From Rebecca billardiae RCC1528 (taxonomy: Eukaryota > Protista > Haptophyta), in contig OZ251227.1 of NCBI GenBank assembly GCA_965240325.2, forward strand, positions 1,488,001-1,552,000: a stretch of DNA of 64,000 bases, given 5' to 3'. The notes beneath the pieces are model-generated. The model was not told where the DNA came from and searched no databases. It saw nothing but the letters and a program-made list of their open reading frames with translations. Below are positions 1 to 12,651 of the stretch, piece after piece. Both the position numbers and the translations under genes were made by a program. The stretch's first letter is position 1. Each line of letters opens with the position of its first letter.

Positions 1-121
1 GTTCTGGCGTCGTTGAATCTCGCGCGTCATCAGACATCGTCAGAGTCTGCTCCGTGCGCTATATATAGCCTATATATATATATACTCAGTATAGGACATC
101 ATGGTACAGTATTCAGAGTAT

Positions 122-147
122 AGAGAGAGAGAGAGACTGTCTGAGCT

Positions 148-183
<36 letters not shown>

Positions 184-187
184 CTGT

Positions 188-227
<40 letters not shown>

Positions 228-433
228 TTGATCATCATACTCATTTGCGCTGGTGATGATAGTATACGACGACGTATATAGCAGTAGCGCAATAAGTATT
301 AGCGCAGTGCAGCCCAGCAGCGCATATTATTCATCAGATAGATCAGTGTGACATATGCGCCGCTGGTCGTGGACGGTCTAGTGGACGACGCCGCCCGCGC
401 CGGGGCACCCGGATTCCCGGCTATGACGGCTAT

Positions 434-507
<74 letters not shown>
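122..507. repeat. (GA)n and (CT)n microsatellites
   Basis: Interrupted (GA)n at ~122-223 and pure (CT)n at ~437-507, in opposite orientations. Confidence 0.95.
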
Positions 508-510
<3 letters not shown>

Positions 511-660
511 TCGAACGAGTTTCGATATGATGATGATATGCATGATCATGATGACGATGATGATCAGGCAATAACATGCGCGCGTATGTCAGCAGCAGTC
601 ACGTCGGCGATCACATCATCATCTGATGACGCGCCGCGCGGTCTCCTCCTCGAAGCATCA

Positions 661-3600
661 TCATTTCCGAGCAGCGGCCCCATCGTCGAGCGTGGTCATG
701 ATATCCTTTGCCGCCTTGAGCGGCGTCGCAAAGCTCGCGTGCGCCTGTGACGCTTTGACTCGCTCGAGAGCCGCTGCGTACTCCTCGCGCAGCCCGACGA
801 GCGCCGATGCCGCCGCATCGTGGCCTTCGCCAGACTGCGAGGCGAGCTCAACGAGCACGCTCTGCAGCTCAACGGCGAGCGCGAGCCACTGCTCGGAGGA
901 CTTGGGCATGTCCATGCGGCCGGCATGGATGGCAAACTTCTCGGCTTTTGCGCACAGCCACTCGAGCATGCTGCGCCACACGGGCCGCGCGCCCATCGAC
1001 GAGTGCTTTCCCGCGGTCGCGACGTGCCCCACTTTGAGCACAAGATCAGTGTCGACGCACGCCTCTGCGTGGGACAGCCGCTCAATGAGCCGCGTGATGC
1101 AGGTGCACATGCGTACGAGCGCATCTGCACCGTTGTTGGAGGCGCCGCCGTCCTCGAGGCGCTGCGCGTACGCGCTGAACGCCCGCCGGAAGCCGAGCGC
1201 TGCTGCCGGGCGCAGCTGGTTGGTCGGCGCCTCGAGGGAAGCGGCGCGCTGGGCGAGCAGCTCGAGGTGCTCCGCGCTGAGCTCGGGCACCACGCCGTCA
1301 CGCAGCCGGCTGAGCAGAGAGGCACGCGCTGCGCCGGCGCCGCCCGTGCTGGGCCCGGTGCGCGCCTCGAGCCACGCCGTCATCTCGAGATCGACCAGCC
1401 GCAGTGACGGCTGCAGCGCGTCGAGAGCGCTGCGAGCCGCCGCTACATGGCCAGTGGCGCCGCCGCCGCCGTCCACCTCCATCGCGTCGTCGCACGTCTC
1501 GAACTTGCCTGTGCCCGCTGCGGCGCCAGCATTGTCGCGCTTGGCGTCGACGGGCTGTGGCAGCTCGCTGATCAGCTCGAGCGCAGCGGTGGCATTCTTG
1601 TGCGCCGCGGCAGCGTAGTTCGCGGCCTGATCGAACGTGAGCGCGGACGGCGGCATGCTGTCGAGCAGCTCCTTCACGGCGAGAGCGATCTCTGCGCGGC
1701 ATTCAATGGCAAACTCCGTCTGCTTCGCTGACGGCGGCATGCGCTCGTTGAGCCGCAGCGCGCACTGCAGGCAGTCGAACGCCAGCTGGTGGTCGGCGAG
1801 CTCGTTCGCCCGGAAGGCAAGGTTCCAGCCGAGCACGGTGCACCACCACACGTCGTCTTCCGTGCCGCACGACGCCTCGCCAGCGAGCGCCGGCAGCCGC
1901 CTGACCGCACACTTGAGGTAGCCACCGAGAGCCTTGAGCTCGTCCTGCTCGAGCAGCGTCGGATCGCGCTCGCCGAGCGCGACACGGTGCAGCTGGCGCA
2001 CGCACAGCAGCAGGCGGCCGTCCGCCGCTGCGGGCGTGCCCCGCTCGAGCCAGTGCTCGAGCAGCTTGGTGGCGACGTCATTGCGGCCGCACTCGAGCGC
2101 CGTCGACGAGAGCACCTCCAGAACGCTTGGGTCGTACTCGGTCACCTTGAGCAGCTCCTCAATTTGCGCCGGGAAGTCCTCCGCCTGCGTCTGCGTGTCC
2201 TGCGTCGCCGCGAGCACGTAGATGAAAAGCCCCTTGGGCGAGTGCGGCTCGTCGCACATCGCTTTCCGCGCGAGGTCGAGCGCCTGCGCGGGCTGAGACT
2301 CTTTGAGGAGCGACCAGCTGGCGCTGCGGAGCGAGGCCGCGCGCTTCGACGTGTCCGAGGGGGCGCACCATTCCGCCGCGCGCTTCGCGAGCCCCGCAGC
2401 CTGCGCGAACTTGGTGCCCGACTCGTAGCACGCCGTAAACTCGGCGAAGAGGTACGCATGCACGTACTGGAACGTCTCTTTGGTGAGCGCGTGGGTGCCG
2501 CTGTTATGCGCGGCGAGCGCGGTGTCGAGGTGCTCGAGCGCGCGCTCAGTGTCCTTCAGGTCGGCGTGCAGGCAAACGAAGCGCTCGCGCACGAGCATGG
2601 AGCGCCGGCCAACGTCGCCGCCATCGAGCCCGCGCTTAGCCATCATGAGCAGCGCGTCCGCGCGCGCCTCGTGCTCCGCGAACGTGCGGAGCAGTTGCGT
2701 GCCCGCATGGCACGTGTCGAAGTCGTTGCACGTGCCCGCGATCTGGAGCACGCGCTGCTTGCCGTCCGCTCGCTGCTCGACGCGGAACATGCACTTTGCC
2801 ACGCACAGCTGCACCTTGGGCTCGCCCTTCTTCTGCTCCGGAAGCATGAGCAGGGCTTGCAGCGCGCGCGACACGGACGGCTTCTCCGGCGAGTCGCTCC
2901 ACAGCACGGCCTGGAAGAGGCGCGCATTGGTCTGCACGCCGTCGAGCTGACGCCGCGCCTCCTGGGCAGCGTCTCTGCTACGCAAGCCGAGCTCGCACAC
3001 GCCGAGCGCCGTTTCGAGCATGTGCGCGAGCACATCAGGCTCAGCGCGCGCGCGGCTGACCGGCTGCTGCGCGCTGGCCCGCACCGGCTGCGCCGGGTTC
3101 AGCAGCTCGCGGCAGGTGCGCACGAGGCGCTGGGCGAGATCGAGGAGTTCGGAAGCACCCACCGCCGTCGCATCCTTCGCCAAGCGTGCCAGCCGGTCCA
3201 TCTCCTCGCTGACCTCGAGGCTCGTCTCGTCTTTCTTGTCGCCGCGCGTGAGCGCCATCCGCGCGCGCGCGCATGCGACGTAGCCGTGAATCTCCAGCGT
3301 GCGGTCGGCCGACAGCTGCGGCACGAGCTCGAGCGCGCCCTCGCAGCAAGTCTGCGCGCTGGAGTAGTCGAGCAGCTCATCGCCCGCGAACTGCAGCGCC
3401 AGCTTCGCAAAGTTGAGCGCGGTGGACTTCTTCTGATCGTCGCCAAACTGGCGGAGCTCCGTGTTCGCGAGCGCGAGGCGCATCATCGCCAGCGCGAGCA
3501 TGCGCATGGTCGCGCCGACATGGCACCAGCTGGCATGCGCACCGCGAGTCTCTTGTACCCAGCGGTTCCACATGCGCCGGCCAGAGTCGAGCAGCTTGCG

Positions 3601-3786
3601 CGCCTGCGCACGCTCGAGCTGCTCGCCCGAGAACGACGTGAGCTGCTTGCGCGTGTAGTGGATGTACGTGACGCCGCCCAGCTTGTCGAGGCTGTCGCGA
3701 TCCGTGCGCTCGAGCAAGGCCAGACTTTCGATCACTCGGTCCAGGTCCTTCACCGACCGCGCCGCCTCCTGGTCGGACAGGGTCAT
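661..3786 (-). CDS. ZIP4: ZIP4/SPO22/TEX11-like meiotic TPR-repeat protein (1041 aa, intronless)
   Basis: C-terminal part of ORF 661..8637, from MTLSDQEAA (ATG at 3786). All-helical, with segments matching TEX11/ZIP4 as I recall them: 'GRRMWN', 'YVHAYLFAEFTACYE..KFAQA', 'RAASLRSASW..ALDLARKAMCDEPHSPKGLF', 'WWCTVLGWNLA', 'LEWLCAKA..SEQWLALA'. Confidence 0.75.
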   Translation of the reverse strand: MTLSDQEAARSVKDLDRVIESLALLERTDRDSLDKLGGVTYIHYTRKQLTSFSGEQLERAQARKLLDSGRRMWNRWVQETRGAHASWCHVGATMRMLALAMMRLALANTELRQFGDDQKKSTALNFAKLALQFAGDELLDYSSAQTCCEGALELVPQLSADRTLEIHGYVACARARMALTRGDKKDETSLEVSEEMDRLARLAKDATAVGASELLDLAQRLVRTCRELLNPAQPVRASAQQPVSRARAEPDVLAHMLETALGVCELGLRSRDAAQEARRQLDGVQTNARLFQAVLWSDSPEKPSVSRALQALLMLPEQKKGEPKVQLCVAKCMFRVEQRADGKQRVLQIAGTCNDFDTCHAGTQLLRTFAEHEARADALLMMAKRGLDGGDVGRRSMLVRERFVCLHADLKDTERALEHLDTALAAHNSGTHALTKETFQYVHAYLFAEFTACYESGTKFAQAAGLAKRAAEWCAPSDTSKRAASLRSASWSLLKESQPAQALDLARKAMCDEPHSPKGLFIYVLAATQDTQTQAEDFPAQIEELLKVTEYDPSVLEVLSSTALECGRNDVATKLLEHWLERGTPAAADGRLLLCVRQLHRVALGERDPTLLEQDELKALGGYLKCAVRRLPALAGEASCGTEDDVWWCTVLGWNLAFRANELADHQLAFDCLQCALRLNERMPPSAKQTEFAIECRAEIALAVKELLDSMPPSALTFDQAANYAAAAHKNATAALELISELPQPVDAKRDNAGAAAGTGKFETCDDAMEVDGGGGATGHVAAARSALDALQPSLRLVDLEMTAWLEARTGPSTGGAGAARASLLSRLRDGVVPELSAEHLELLAQRAASLEAPTNQLRPAAALGFRRAFSAYAQRLEDGGASNNGADALVRMCTCITRLIERLSHAEACVDTDLVLKVGHVATAGKHSSMGARPVWRSMLEWLCAKAEKFAIHAGRMDMPKSSEQWLALAVELQSVLVELASQSGEGHDAAASALVGLREEYAAALERVKASQAHASFATPLKAAKDIMTTLDDGAAARK

Positions 3787-4068
3787 CGCGCGTTCGCTCG
3801 GCGGAGGGTGCTGGCGGACGCCGCCAGCCAGTGGTGAGCAGCTGACCTCAGTCGAAGTCGTCGCGCGCGCGGAGCTGTCCAGCGCTTGGCAACCGCCTTC
3901 GCGCAGTCCAGAGCCGGACGGTGACGCGCCGGACTGCCGGCGATGTTTCTGAACGCACTCTTCTCCACTGCGAGCCTGCTCGTGCGACTCGTTCGGGACC
4001 GCAGCGGAAGTGCACAGTGCCGGGCTGCATCTTGCCTCGGCGTGGCTGCGCGCGACCTCGGCCCGGCG

Positions 4069-7000
4069 ATGGCGAGCCCTCCGCCCGGCGCGCGCGTCGG
4101 CGTCGGGCCGGCTGAGCCCACGCCGTCCGCCGATCCGCCCCCCGGCGCGGTGCAGCCGCTCTCGCCGCTGCAGACCGAGCTCGAGGGCCTCGCGGAGGCG
4201 CTGCGCGAGCGCGCGGAGCGCGTGCGCTCGCTCGAGGTCGACCAGCACCGGCTGGTGCAGCACTCGCGCGAGCGCGACCAGGCGTACGCGGGGCTCGAGG
4301 CGAACGCGCGGCAGCTCACTCAGGCCGCGGCCGAGCGCGCCGCCGCCGCGAGCGCGCTGCAGGGCGTGCTCCAGGAGGCGGACAGCGCGCGCGGCGTCGC
4401 GGAGCGCGCGTCGCGCGCGCACATCGAGCTGCTGACCGCGGCGACGCGCGACGCGGACAACGACCGCGCCGCGCTCGAGCGCGTGGCGTCGCAGCTCGAG
4501 CGCGACGCCGTGGACACGCGCGCGCACATGGCGCGGCTCCACGAGGAGATGCGCGCCCTGCGCGCCGAGCACGCGTACGCGGACGACCAGCTCACGCGGC
4601 TGAGCGAGCAGCTGCACGCGGCGCAGCGCGCGCACGCGGGCGCGGAGCGGCAGCTGCGGCAGATGCGCGAGCAGCGCGCGCCGCGCGACGCCGACGGGCC
4701 CGACTCGCGCGGCGGCGGGCTGCTCCCCGGCCCCGCCGCGCCGCCCGCCGGCGGCTCCATCGCCGCGCAGCGCGCCAACGCGGCCGAGGCGCGCGCGCAC
4801 GCGCTCGAGGCGGCGCTGGCCACCACGTCTGCCGCGCTCGCGCGCACGCGCGCCGAGCTGAGCGCGCTGAAGCGCAGCGCGGCGGACGCGGACGCGGAGC
4901 TGGGCGCCGCGCACGCCGCGCGCGCCGCGGAGCGCGCCGCGCTCGGCGCGATCGGCGACCAGCTCGGCGCGGCGCGCGCGAGGGTCGCGTCGGCCGAGGC
5001 GCAGGCGCTGGCGGACGCGCTGGGCGCGGCGCACGCGGCGCACGCGGCGCACGCGCACGCGCACGCGCAGCTCGAGGCGCCGGTGACGCCGCCGCGCGCG
5101 CGCGCGCCGGATCCGCCCGGGAGCGACGCGCCCCGCGCGGCCGACGCCGCGTCCACGCCGCCCCCGCCCGCCGCCTCGGCCGAGGAGCGCAGCCTGTGGC
5201 ACACGCTGGCGGTGCTCACGCCCAAGGCCGCGCTCGCAGAGTCGCTCGCCGGCTCGGTGGCCGAGCTGCAGGGGGCGCTGGCGCGCGCGCGGGAGGAGGC
5301 GGGGGCCGAGCTCGCGCGCGAGGCGGCGGCGCACAACGAGCAGCTCGAGGCGCAGGCGGCCGACTGGGTGCGCGTGCTCCACGAGGCCGAGGCGGCGCAC
5401 GCGCGCGACGCGGCCGCGCGCGACGAGGTGCTGCAGTCGATGCGCGCGCGGCTGGCCGCGGCCGAGGCGGACGCGCGCGCGTTCGCGGAGGAGCGGGCGG
5501 CGCGGCTCGCGGGTGTGGGCGCGCCGCCGCACGACGTGGGCGTGCAGGCGGAGTCGCCGCGCCTCGCGCCCGCCTCGCCCGACGCGCCGCCCCCCGCCGC
5601 GCACGACGTGGGCGTGCAGGCGGGCGAGGCAGAGCGCCTGCCGCCGCCCGCGCTGCCGCCGCCCGCGCCGCCGCCGCCCGCGCCGCCGCCGGCGGCGCGC
5701 TGCGGCGCGGCCGGCGCGGCCGGCGCGGGCGAAAGCGGCGGCGCGGCGGCGGCCGCGGTGGCGCTGGCGGCGGCCGCGCCCGCCGAGCTCTCCGCCGCCG
5801 AGTCGGCCGCCGCCGCCGCGGCGCACGCGGCCGCCGCCGCGGCGGCCGAGGCGGAGGCGCGCGCGGCGGAGGCGGAGGCGGCCGCGGCCGCGGCGGACGC
5901 GCGCGGCGCCGCGGCCGAGGCGGCGCTCGCGGAGGAGCGCGCGGCCGCCGAGGCGCGCGGCGCCGAGGCGGAGGGCGCGCTGGAGGAGGAGCGCGCGCGG
6001 TGCCGCACGCTCACGGACGCGCTCGCCGACGCCGAGCGCCAGCTGCGCGCCGCCGAGCGCTCGCGCGCGCTGGCCGACGCCCTCGACGCGGATCTGGGCG
6101 CGACGCGCGCGCGCGCGAGCGCGCAGCTCGAGCTGCTGCGCGCGCGCGCGGAGCAGCTCGAGGCGGAGCGCGCGGTGGCGGCGCACGCGGCGTCGGAGGC
6201 CGAGCCGAGCGCCGCGCGCACGCAGCGCGCCGCCGCCGCGTACGACTCGGTCGGCGCGCAGCTCGGCCTCGTCGAGGAGAGCGCGCGCGTGCAGCTCGCC
6301 GTGTGCCGCGAGCAGGCGGGGCTGGTCGAGAGCATGCACGTTCAGATCGACGCGCTCGGCGAGGAGCTGGCGGCGCGCGAGGCGGCGGAGGCGCGGCGCG
6401 ACGCGCTGGCCGCGGCGGTCGCGGCCAAGCGCGCCGACCCCGCCGCGCCCACCGAGCACACCTTCGCCCAGCTCGAGGGCGAGATCGTCGCGCTCGACGG
6501 GCGGCGCGCGGAGGCGGACGCGCTGCGCGAGAGCGCGCGCGCGCGGCGCGAGGCGGCGGCGCGCGCGCTCGCCGACGCGGCGGAGGAGGCGGAGGCGCTC
6601 GAGGCCGAGCTGCGCCGCTCCTCCGACGCGCAGGCGGTCTCGAGCGCGCTCGCCGAGCGGCTGCGCGACGCGCGCGCCGCGCGCTCCCGCATCGGCGCGC
6701 TGCGCAAGGCGCTGGTCGCGGTGGAGGCGGAGGCGCGCGAGGACTTGGGCGCGGTGCAGCGCACGCGCGCCGCGCTGCTGCGCGTGCAGGCGCAGGGCGC
6801 GGAGGCGGACGCGCTGCGCGCGAAGCTCGTGGACGCGGAGCGCGCGACGGCGTCGCTGCCGCTGCTGCGCGCGCAGGCGCAGCGCGCCGGGCTGCTCGCC
6901 TACTCGCCCGCGCCGACGCCGGAGGGCGGCGGCGGCGACGGCGCCGCCGCCGGCGCTGGCGCCGCCGCCGCGCCGCGCGCCGCCGACTCGGCCGCCGTCA

Positions 7001-8076
7001 CGCCCGTGCGACCCGCGCCAGGCGGCGCGGGCGGCGGCGGCGGCGGCGGCGGCTGCTCGGCGGGCGCGCCGCCCTCCGGCGCGCTCGACGCGGCGCGCGC
7101 CGAGCAGGCCGCCCTCTCCGCCGAGCTCGACGCCGTCCGGCGCACCTCCGCCGAGCTCGAGCTGCTGCGCTGCTCGCTCGAGGCGGAGCGCGCCAACGTG
7201 GCCGCGCGCGTCTCCCTCGTGGACGGGCTGCACGACGAGCTGGAGGCGCTGCGCGCTGAGGCGCTGCACGGCGTCGAGTACGCGCGCGGCGAGGCGGAGC
7301 GCGACGGGCTGCTCGCGCCACGCGCGCTCGTGCGCCTCGGCGGCGCGGACGGCGCGCCCGGCGCCGCCGCCCTGCCCGCGGCCGCGCAGCACGAGGCGCG
7401 CCGGCTGGCGCGCGCGCTCGAGTGCGCGCAGCGCGAGGCGGCGGTGGAGAAGGCGCAGCGCACGGCGGAGCGGCTGGCCGCGCGCGTCGAGGCCGAGCGC
7501 GAGCGCGCCGAGCGCGACGCGACCGAGCGCCGCCTCGTCAGCGCGCTCGAGCGGCTGCGCGCGCGCGCCGACACGGCCGATGAGAGCGCGGCCGCGCTGG
7601 CGCGCGCGAGCGCGGCGCTGAGCGAGGTCGGCGCGGAGCGGGCCGCGTTCGTAGCGGAGCGGGAGGCGCTGGTGCGCGCTCTGCGCGAGGATGAGCTCGC
7701 GCTCGGCGCGGCGCGGCGCCAGCTCGCCCTGCTTGCCGAGGCGGACGCGGAGAGCGCCGCCCTCGAGAAGGTGGCGACACCGGCGTGGCCGCTGGCGAGG
7801 CCGCCCGAGCAGCGGCGGCCGCAGCCGCAGCCGCAGCCGCAGCCGCGGCCGTGGGAGTGGCAGCAGCACGCGCCGGAGGGCGGGGCGGCGCCGGCGGAGG
7901 GCGGCGCGCCGACGCCGCCCTCCGAGCCCAAGCCCTACTACCCGTACCCGTACGCCTCGTGGCGCCGCTCGATCGGGCCGCCCCCCTCTGAGCCGACGCT
8001 GCTGCAGCGCGTGCGCGCAGCCTCGCCGCCGCCGCGCGCCGCCTCGCCGCCGCACGCGCGCGCCGCGGCGGCGCGC

Positions 8077-8107
<31 letters not shown>

Positions 8108-10421
8108 GCAGCGGGCGCGGCTCGCCCGAGCCGCCGCCGTCGTCGTCGCGCTCGGCACGCCGCGTCTTCTGGTCGCCCGACGCGCTGGGCAGCGACGCGG
8201 ACGGCGCGGACGGCGGGAGCGCGCCCGACGACGCTGCCGGGCCGGTGCGCCCGCCCCCCGTGGCGCTGCGTCCGAGCGACGAGCATGGCGGCCCGAGCGC
8301 GGAGGAGGGCGAGGGGGCGGAGGGCGGCGGTGGGCTCGAGGGCGCGCGCGCGCGCAGGAGACTCGACGTCACGCCGGGCACCGCCGCCGCCGCGCGCGCG
8401 GCCGGCCACTCGCCGAGCTCGGCCGCGCAGCTCGGCGGCGGGGCGCTGCGGCCGCGCTCGCCTCTGCTGCCGAGCGGCGCGCGCCGCTCGGCCGAGTCGA
8501 CGCCCGAGCCGACGCGGCAGTCGAGCGCGGGCGGCGGCGGCACGGGCGGCTCGCTGCGCGCGCCGCCCGCCGCCGCACTCTTCGGCCGGCGCGCCCTCTC
8601 CGACGTGGAGGACGAGACCGGCTCGGTCTGCTCGCACGGCAGCGTGGCGCTCGCGCGCGCCTCCTCCTCGCGCGAGCGCTCGCGCGCTGCGCTCGTCGAG
8701 AGCTTGCGCGCGGAGGTCGCTGCGCTCAAGGAGAAGGTGCGCGCGCGTGCGGCCGCGCGCGTGTGTGTGTGGGCGCGAGCGTGCCCGCGCGCGCGCGCGG
8801 CCGCGCGCGAGCGCGCGCGCGCGCGCTCGGCCGTGCTTGCGCGTGGGGGCGCATCGGCGCAGCGCGCGCGCACTCGGCCGCGCGCGCTCTCACTCACGAG
8901 CCGACTCCGCGCGCGCGCTGCGCACCCCACGCCGCCCTCCCCTTCTGCCGCCCCGCCCCGCAGGCCAAGCTGGCGCGTGGCGTGGAGCTCGAGCTGACAG
9001 AGCTGCGCGCCAAGGCGCGGGAACACGCGCTGCTGCAGGTGGGGCGCGCAGCCACGCGCGCAGCACGCGCGCAGCCCCACGCGCGCGCGCACGGCGAGTT
9101 GCCGAGCGCGCGCGCGCGCGTCTTCTCGCGCGCGTCGTGCTGCGCGCGTCGTGCTGCGCGCGCCGTGCTGCGCGCGCCGGGCGCTCCGCGCCGCCTGAGC
9201 CTCTCTGCGCGCGCGCCGCGTCGCCACCCAACGCCCTGCGGCGCCGCGCGCCCCGCCGCGCGCCCCGCCGCGCGCAGGTCGAGGTGGAGGACGTCCGCGT
9301 GCACGCGCGCCAGGCGAAGGCGCTGCGCATCCGCGTGGACGAGCTGCAGCAGCAGCTCGCGGCCGCGCAGGCGGGCAAGAGGCCGCGGCGCGAGCTGCGG
9401 GTCGGAGGCGGCGGCGGCTCCGCCAAGGAGCGTGCGGAGGCGCAGCGGCAGGCGGACCGCGCGGCCGCGCTTGAGGCTGGGCTCTCGGACATGCGCGCGC
9501 AGCGGCGGGCGGTGCCACGCGCTCGAGTCCGAGCTCGCGGCCATGCGGCAGACGCACGCCGAGCTCGAGGCCGCGCGCGCCAAGCTGCTGGACGACCTCG
9601 AGCGCGCAGAGTCGGAGGTGCGCGCGCAGAGCGGCGCGGGCAGAGCCGGCGCGCGCGCATCGCGCCGAGCACCGCGCACCGCGCGCGTGTGCGCCCCGTT
9701 GCCGAGCGCGCGCCCCCTGCCCGCGGCGAACCCCCCCCCCGTGCCGCAGGCGGAGAGCAGCATGGCGCTGCTCGAGGCCAAGGACGAGCAGATCGGCCGC
9801 CTCACGCAGCTGCTGCACGAGCGCGGCGCGGAGCCGGGGGGCGGCGCGGACGGGGGCGGCGGCGCGCCCGCCACGCCGCCGTCGCGCTCGCCCGACGCGC
9901 GCAGCGGCACCTCCGGCGGCGGCAGCGCGCGCACGACGGAGGCGCAGCTCAAGCAGCGGCTGCGCGAGACCGAGCTCGCGCTCGAGACGCAGCAGCGCAT
10001 GTTCAGAGACCACCTGCACGAGCTGGGCACAGAGCTCGCCTGCTCGGGCGCGGAGGGCGCGGCGCTCGGCGCCTCGCTCGCCGAGCTGGACGAGGAGTGC
10101 GCGCGCAAGGAGGAGCGGCTGCGCGCCGTGCGCGCCGAGCTCGACGCGCTCATCAGCGCGGTGCACGCCTCCGCGGAGGCGCAGGACGCGGCGGCGGCGG
10201 ACGCGGCGGGCGCGGCCTCGCCGGAGGAGTACGTGGGCAACGCCGCGGCGAGGGCGGCGGCGGAGCTCGCCAAGCTCGCGAGCGCGGACGATGCGGACTC
10301 CGCGTCGCCGCCGCCGCCCTCGCCGCCGCCCAGACGGCTGGAGGCGGCCGCAGGCATCACGCGCGCCGCCACGATGCCCGACGAGCGACGGCAGCTCAGA
10401 TCATCCAGCATCGTGGAGTAG
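4069..10421 (+). CDS. Large Ala/Glu/Arg-rich coiled-coil protein, multi-exon
   Basis: ATG at 4069 (MASPPPG) with heptad-like runs. GT-AG introns at 8737-8963, 9039-9277 and 9618-9749 join ORFs 3943+, 8763+ and 7691+. An apparent frameshift lies near 9500-9512. Stop at 10421. Confidence 0.7.
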
Positions 10422-11273
10422 ATGACGAGGAAGCCGTCTCGGTCGTGCGTGCTGGCAGCAGCATATCGGCATCGTCGTCGTCGTCGTCATCAGCAGCGTC
10501 GTCATGCCGTCCGGTTGACCTATCGCCCACACGCGCGGTAGGGAGCACCCACCAAGCAGGGGCTTACAAAATACCACTGGGGGCGAAAGCGCCAGTGAGG
10601 AGCCCAGTCGGATGCGAGGCTCCTCAAACGGCTCTGGCTTCGACGGTTGACCCCTGCCAGAGACGGGCACTGTGAGCCAGAGCTCCCGTAGTTCACATGA
10701 CCGCGTTCCGCGGTCCTTTTCCGTAGAACGAACGTAGTTCGGGGCCCGCGGTGGCGGTGCACCCTCCGTCGCAGTCGTCTATTGACAGACCAGCCAGTTG
10801 CATGCCCGTACAACTAGACTCCAGCGGCGCGCCGCTGCGCCCCGGCGCCGGCGCCGCGGGCGCGGGCCCATCGCAGCCGCCGGCGCGGCGCCCGGATTGT
10901 GTACAGGCGGATGCGACGAGGCGTGATCGACGAATGAGCGCGACTCCACGTGCACGCCAGGCCACGTGGAGCTGACAGCCAGGGAACACTGTGCGGGGCC
11001 GCGGATTCGTTCGGGCCGCTGCTGCTGACCGCGCTGTCTGTCGTCACACCGCGCCGCGGCAGCGCCAGGAGTAGTCAGTAGATGATTTGCACTGGTCCGA
11101 GTAGGGTTCGACCAGCGCCTGCGCGACGGCCGACAGGCGGGCGCGAGGCGTGATCGACGCATGAGCGCAACTCTATCTACGCGGAGCTGACAGCCAGAGG
11201 GAGCACTGTGTGTGCCGAGGTGCGAGGGCACCGGTGATCGTTATTTCGCGCGCCGCGCGTGCACTGCACGGGG

Positions 11274-11789
11274 TCACGGGGTGACACACCTCGGTCGGGC
11301 TCGGCACGCGTCGCAGAGGCACGGCCAGCTCTGGGGACGTCGCGCACCACCGTCGCCCGCGCCGCAGCTCGTCCTCCTAGGTCCGCCCGTCCAGCGCTGC
11401 AGACAGACTCGCCGGCGCGGGCCGAGAGTGAGTGCCGCAAAGCGGCTGCCAGCTGTTGGGCCGGGTGAGGAGGAGGGAGGGAGCTGGCCTGCGGGGCGCG
11501 TGGTGAAGTCGGTGATCAGTCGCGTCGCGCTCCCCCTGGCGATTGCGCCCTCGTCCTCCAGCACGGTGCGGACCTTGCGAACGAAGTTGTAGATCGACCA
11601 TTTGGGCACGTTGTACTTCACGGCCGCAGAGGGCACGTCCTGCTCGTGCCTCACGACTGAGATGGCAGCAGCGATGCTCTGGAGCGTGCTCTTAGCCACC
11701 TTCTTCACTGCCCCGGATTCGAGCAGCACGTTCAATACGCGGCGAGCGCGGTCCTCGTCGGCGTCGCCAGCTGACGTGCTCGGCATCAT
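11274..11789 (-). pseudogene. Degenerate HTH_psq/CENP-B-type DNA-binding fragment, probable pogo-like transposon relic
   Basis: 'LQSIAAAISVVRHEQDVPSAAVKYNVPKWSIYNFVRK' resembles the psq HTH (AA..Y.VP..TL). No DDE domain follows. Imperfect direct repeats lie nearby (10915-10992 vs 11144-11210; 11978-12030 vs 12065-12112). Confidence 0.4.
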
Positions 11790-12595
11790 GTCCACGTGAG
11801 CGCAAAAGTGGCCTCGAGCCTGCTCCTGGCTCGCCAGAGGGCAAAAGGCCAATAGCTACTCCCAATTCCCGAAGGCTGATGATGAATACGCACACGTGCG
11901 CCTGATGAATATCGATGATATTCTGCTCGACCCCGCCTAGCAGTCCATGAACCATATACATTATAATGTATGAAAACGAAGCGGTGCAAATGATGTTCTC
12001 CAGTATAGTGGATACGACCCCGACGAAGCGATTTTATGCCTGCGTGAACCATACATATGAATACGAAGCGCGGTGCAAATGTTCTCCAGTAGTGAATACG
12101 ACCCCGACGAAGCCAATATATATCGGTTGGTTACTTCGCTGATCCCGTAAGGACGTGCAAAAATAGCCTCAAAGAAGCTGACGCTTGTATTGGACTTGTA
12201 ACCGTCCTACTTCACACAGAAGTGAACTCTCACGCCCGGCCGTCCACGATTGATTAGGGGAATGTCGTGGACGCGGTTTTTTTCTCCGTGATGCATCTGT
12301 AGAGAGGGTCTCAAAATTCGAAACTCGGTCTCCGCCAGCCCTAAAAATCGGCCCCCGCGTCCCTTTTTCTTGATCAAAGATCTTTTTGAAACGTGGTTCC
12401 GGCCCGCTGGTGCGGGCTCCACGCTGCGCGCTCCGCCCTGCACCGCGGGCCATCATAATGAAGTCACTGGCGTAAAAACTGCACAGCCACAGGTCTGACA
12501 GGAGGACCTTAGCAATGGCGGATCGGCCTAGATGATGACTAGTTAGTCAGACTCAGAGCGATATATTGGGCCGCCATCAACAAGCGCACGACTTC

Positions 12596-12646
<51 letters not shown>

Positions 12647-12651
<5 letters not shown>

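Noticed and set aside
3787-8637. N-terminal ~1600 aa of the 2658-aa minus-strand ORF
   Set aside because: Arg/Ala/Gly-rich antisense shadow of the + strand coiled-coil gene; complex sequence starts only at ATG 3786.
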